From UHGV virus genome UHGV-0126725: a stretch of DNA of 64,000 nucleotides; one strand, 5' to 3'. How positions within the stretch are numbered: position 1 is the first letter of the stretch; every line of letters starts with the position of its first letter. The translations under genes were made by a program, and so were the position numbers. Below are positions 62,701-64,000 of the stretch, one piece after another. The stretch is from a virus. The notes beneath the pieces were generated by a model that saw only the letters and a list, made by a program, of their open reading frames with translations, had not been told where the DNA came from and did not search any database.

Positions 62701-63061
62701 GTCAAGGCAAAAGAAAAATGTAATAGCCCATGTTTTCCGATCTGTTTTAAACCATTTTATTTCTCTTGGTGCTACAAACCGTTTGGCAATATATATTATT
62801 TTTCTTTTGTCCGCTGGTTTAGCCGGCGGTTTTTATCTTGCTCGTTTAAGTATCATATGTGGGTATACTGGCGCATTAGCTTGTTATACCGTAGCATTTA
62901 CGCCAATCGGGACTGCTTGTAGTGTTGTTTTGTCCCGAATTGTAGATAAAAGCCGGGACGAAAATACTGGAGCTGATGGCGAAGGAATTAAATTTGCTCA
63001 CGCAAAGGCAAATCAGTTCTCAATAGATCAAGATAAATTTGTAAACAGCCCACCAATTTAA
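62690..63061 (+). CDS. Two-TM membrane protein
   Basis: ATG 62690; two hydrophobic segments. Confidence 0.6.
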   Translation: MLSKSRQKKNVIAHVFRSVLNHFISLGATNRLAIYIIFLLSAGLAGGFYLARLSIICGYTGALACYTVAFTPIGTACSVVLSRIVDKSRDENTGADGEGIKFAHAKANQFSIDQDKFVNSPPI

Positions 63062-63076
63062 ATGGGAGGTAATGTA

Positions 63077-63319
63077 ATGAATATAAAACGTAAACTTTCA
63101 AGCCGTAAATTATGGGCTGCTATTGCCGGATTTATTGCTGGTTTAGCTATAGTTTTTGGCCTTGATGAGAGCATAATAAATACTGTCGCTGGAGCCGTTG
63201 TATCCATTGGTTCCGTCGTAACTTATATTGTTACGGAAGGACATATTGATAAAGAATCGGTTGGAAATGCTGCTGGTGCAATTCAAGATGCAATTGATTC
63301 ATTAGAAGAGACAGAATAA
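63077..63319 (+). CDS. Holin
   Basis: KRKLSSRKLWAA, two TM segments, EG.ID. Confidence 0.8.
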   Translation: MNIKRKLSSRKLWAAIAGFIAGLAIVFGLDESIINTVAGAVVSIGSVVTYIVTEGHIDKESVGNAAGAIQDAIDSLEETE

Positions 63320-63353
63320 TCATTTGTTAATCAAATGAGAAAGAAGGTGTCTC

Positions 63354-63917
63354 TTGACTGGATTTGATGAATTTATTGATACTTTTGGCAATATTACAAT
63401 TGGAAATGTAGTTACTGCTATTTTGGCTTCTGTATTTTTGGGATTAACTTATAGAAAAATCAGAGATTATCTCATTAAAAAATATGAAGCAGAAAAAGAA
63501 AAAGACAAGCAATTAAAAGAAGCTCTTGACTCTGTACGAAAGTATCCAGAATATCGGCAACAAAGTATTCGGATACAGGAAAAGTTAGAGAACGAGATTC
63601 AAGAATTGCGAAAAGCACAAGAGGCAAATACGAATCGTCTTGTAAAAATGGAAGAAGATTCTCAGCGTCGAGAACGGAATAAACTTCGTGACCGACTTTT
63701 GCAAAACTATCGGTATTATACAAGTAAAGAACATAACCCGATGCAAGCATGGACGCACATGGAGTCAGAAACATTCTGGGAGTGTTTTGGCGATTATGAA
63801 CGGATGAACGGGAATGGTTATATGCATACAGTTGTACAGCCAGAGATGAATCTTTTGACGATCGTTGAAATGGATGATGATATTGGCATTGCTGAATTGA
63901 TGAATAGCAGAAAATAA
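63354..63917 (+). CDS. TM + coiled-coil lysis-region protein
   Basis: N-terminal TM; Y..MNGNG motif. Confidence 0.65.
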   Translation: MTGFDEFIDTFGNITIGNVVTAILASVFLGLTYRKIRDYLIKKYEAEKEKDKQLKEALDSVRKYPEYRQQSIRIQEKLENEIQELRKAQEANTNRLVKMEEDSQRRERNKLRDRLLQNYRYYTSKEHNPMQAWTHMESETFWECFGDYERMNGNGYMHTVVQPEMNLLTIVEMDDDIGIAELMNSRK

Positions 63918-63927
63918 TAAATATATA

Positions 63928-63963
63928 TGGGGTATAGGCATTTTTGTCTATACCCTATTTTTT
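63928..63963 (+). terminator. Intrinsic terminator
   Basis: GGGTATAGGC...GTCTATACCC followed by T run. Confidence 0.7.
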
Positions 63964-64000
63964 CGTCCTAATAAAACTTACTTTGACCTTTTAAATTTGG

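Overview
AT-rich Firmicute (probably clostridial) SPbeta-like temperate siphophage segment. 1-4300: an array of strong sigma70-type promoter cassettes with Cro/RHH repressors, small leftward genes and a probable antisense-RNA/peptide pair. 4400-20000: tyrosine recombinase, iteron origin with HTH initiator, intein-containing UvrD/PcrA helicase, Bro-N antirepressor, IscS, macro domain, YonO-type RNA polymerase, ClpP-like protein, PhoH, phosphoesterase and HU. 20000-22700: a degenerate tRNA and a SIR2 + TPR-like moron whose SIR2 gene is split at a T9 tract. 22850-63917: head, tail and lysis genes. Hidden features include a group I intron (46154-47564, with GIY-YIG endonuclease) in the tape measure gene, a -1 frameshift with an 11-bp stem extending the tail tube protein, an IS200/IS605-like end remnant, a dispersed asymmetric 19-bp motif (11 copies) and a second 19-bp motif. 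Product calls rest on visible motifs and SPbeta-like synteny; no database search was run.
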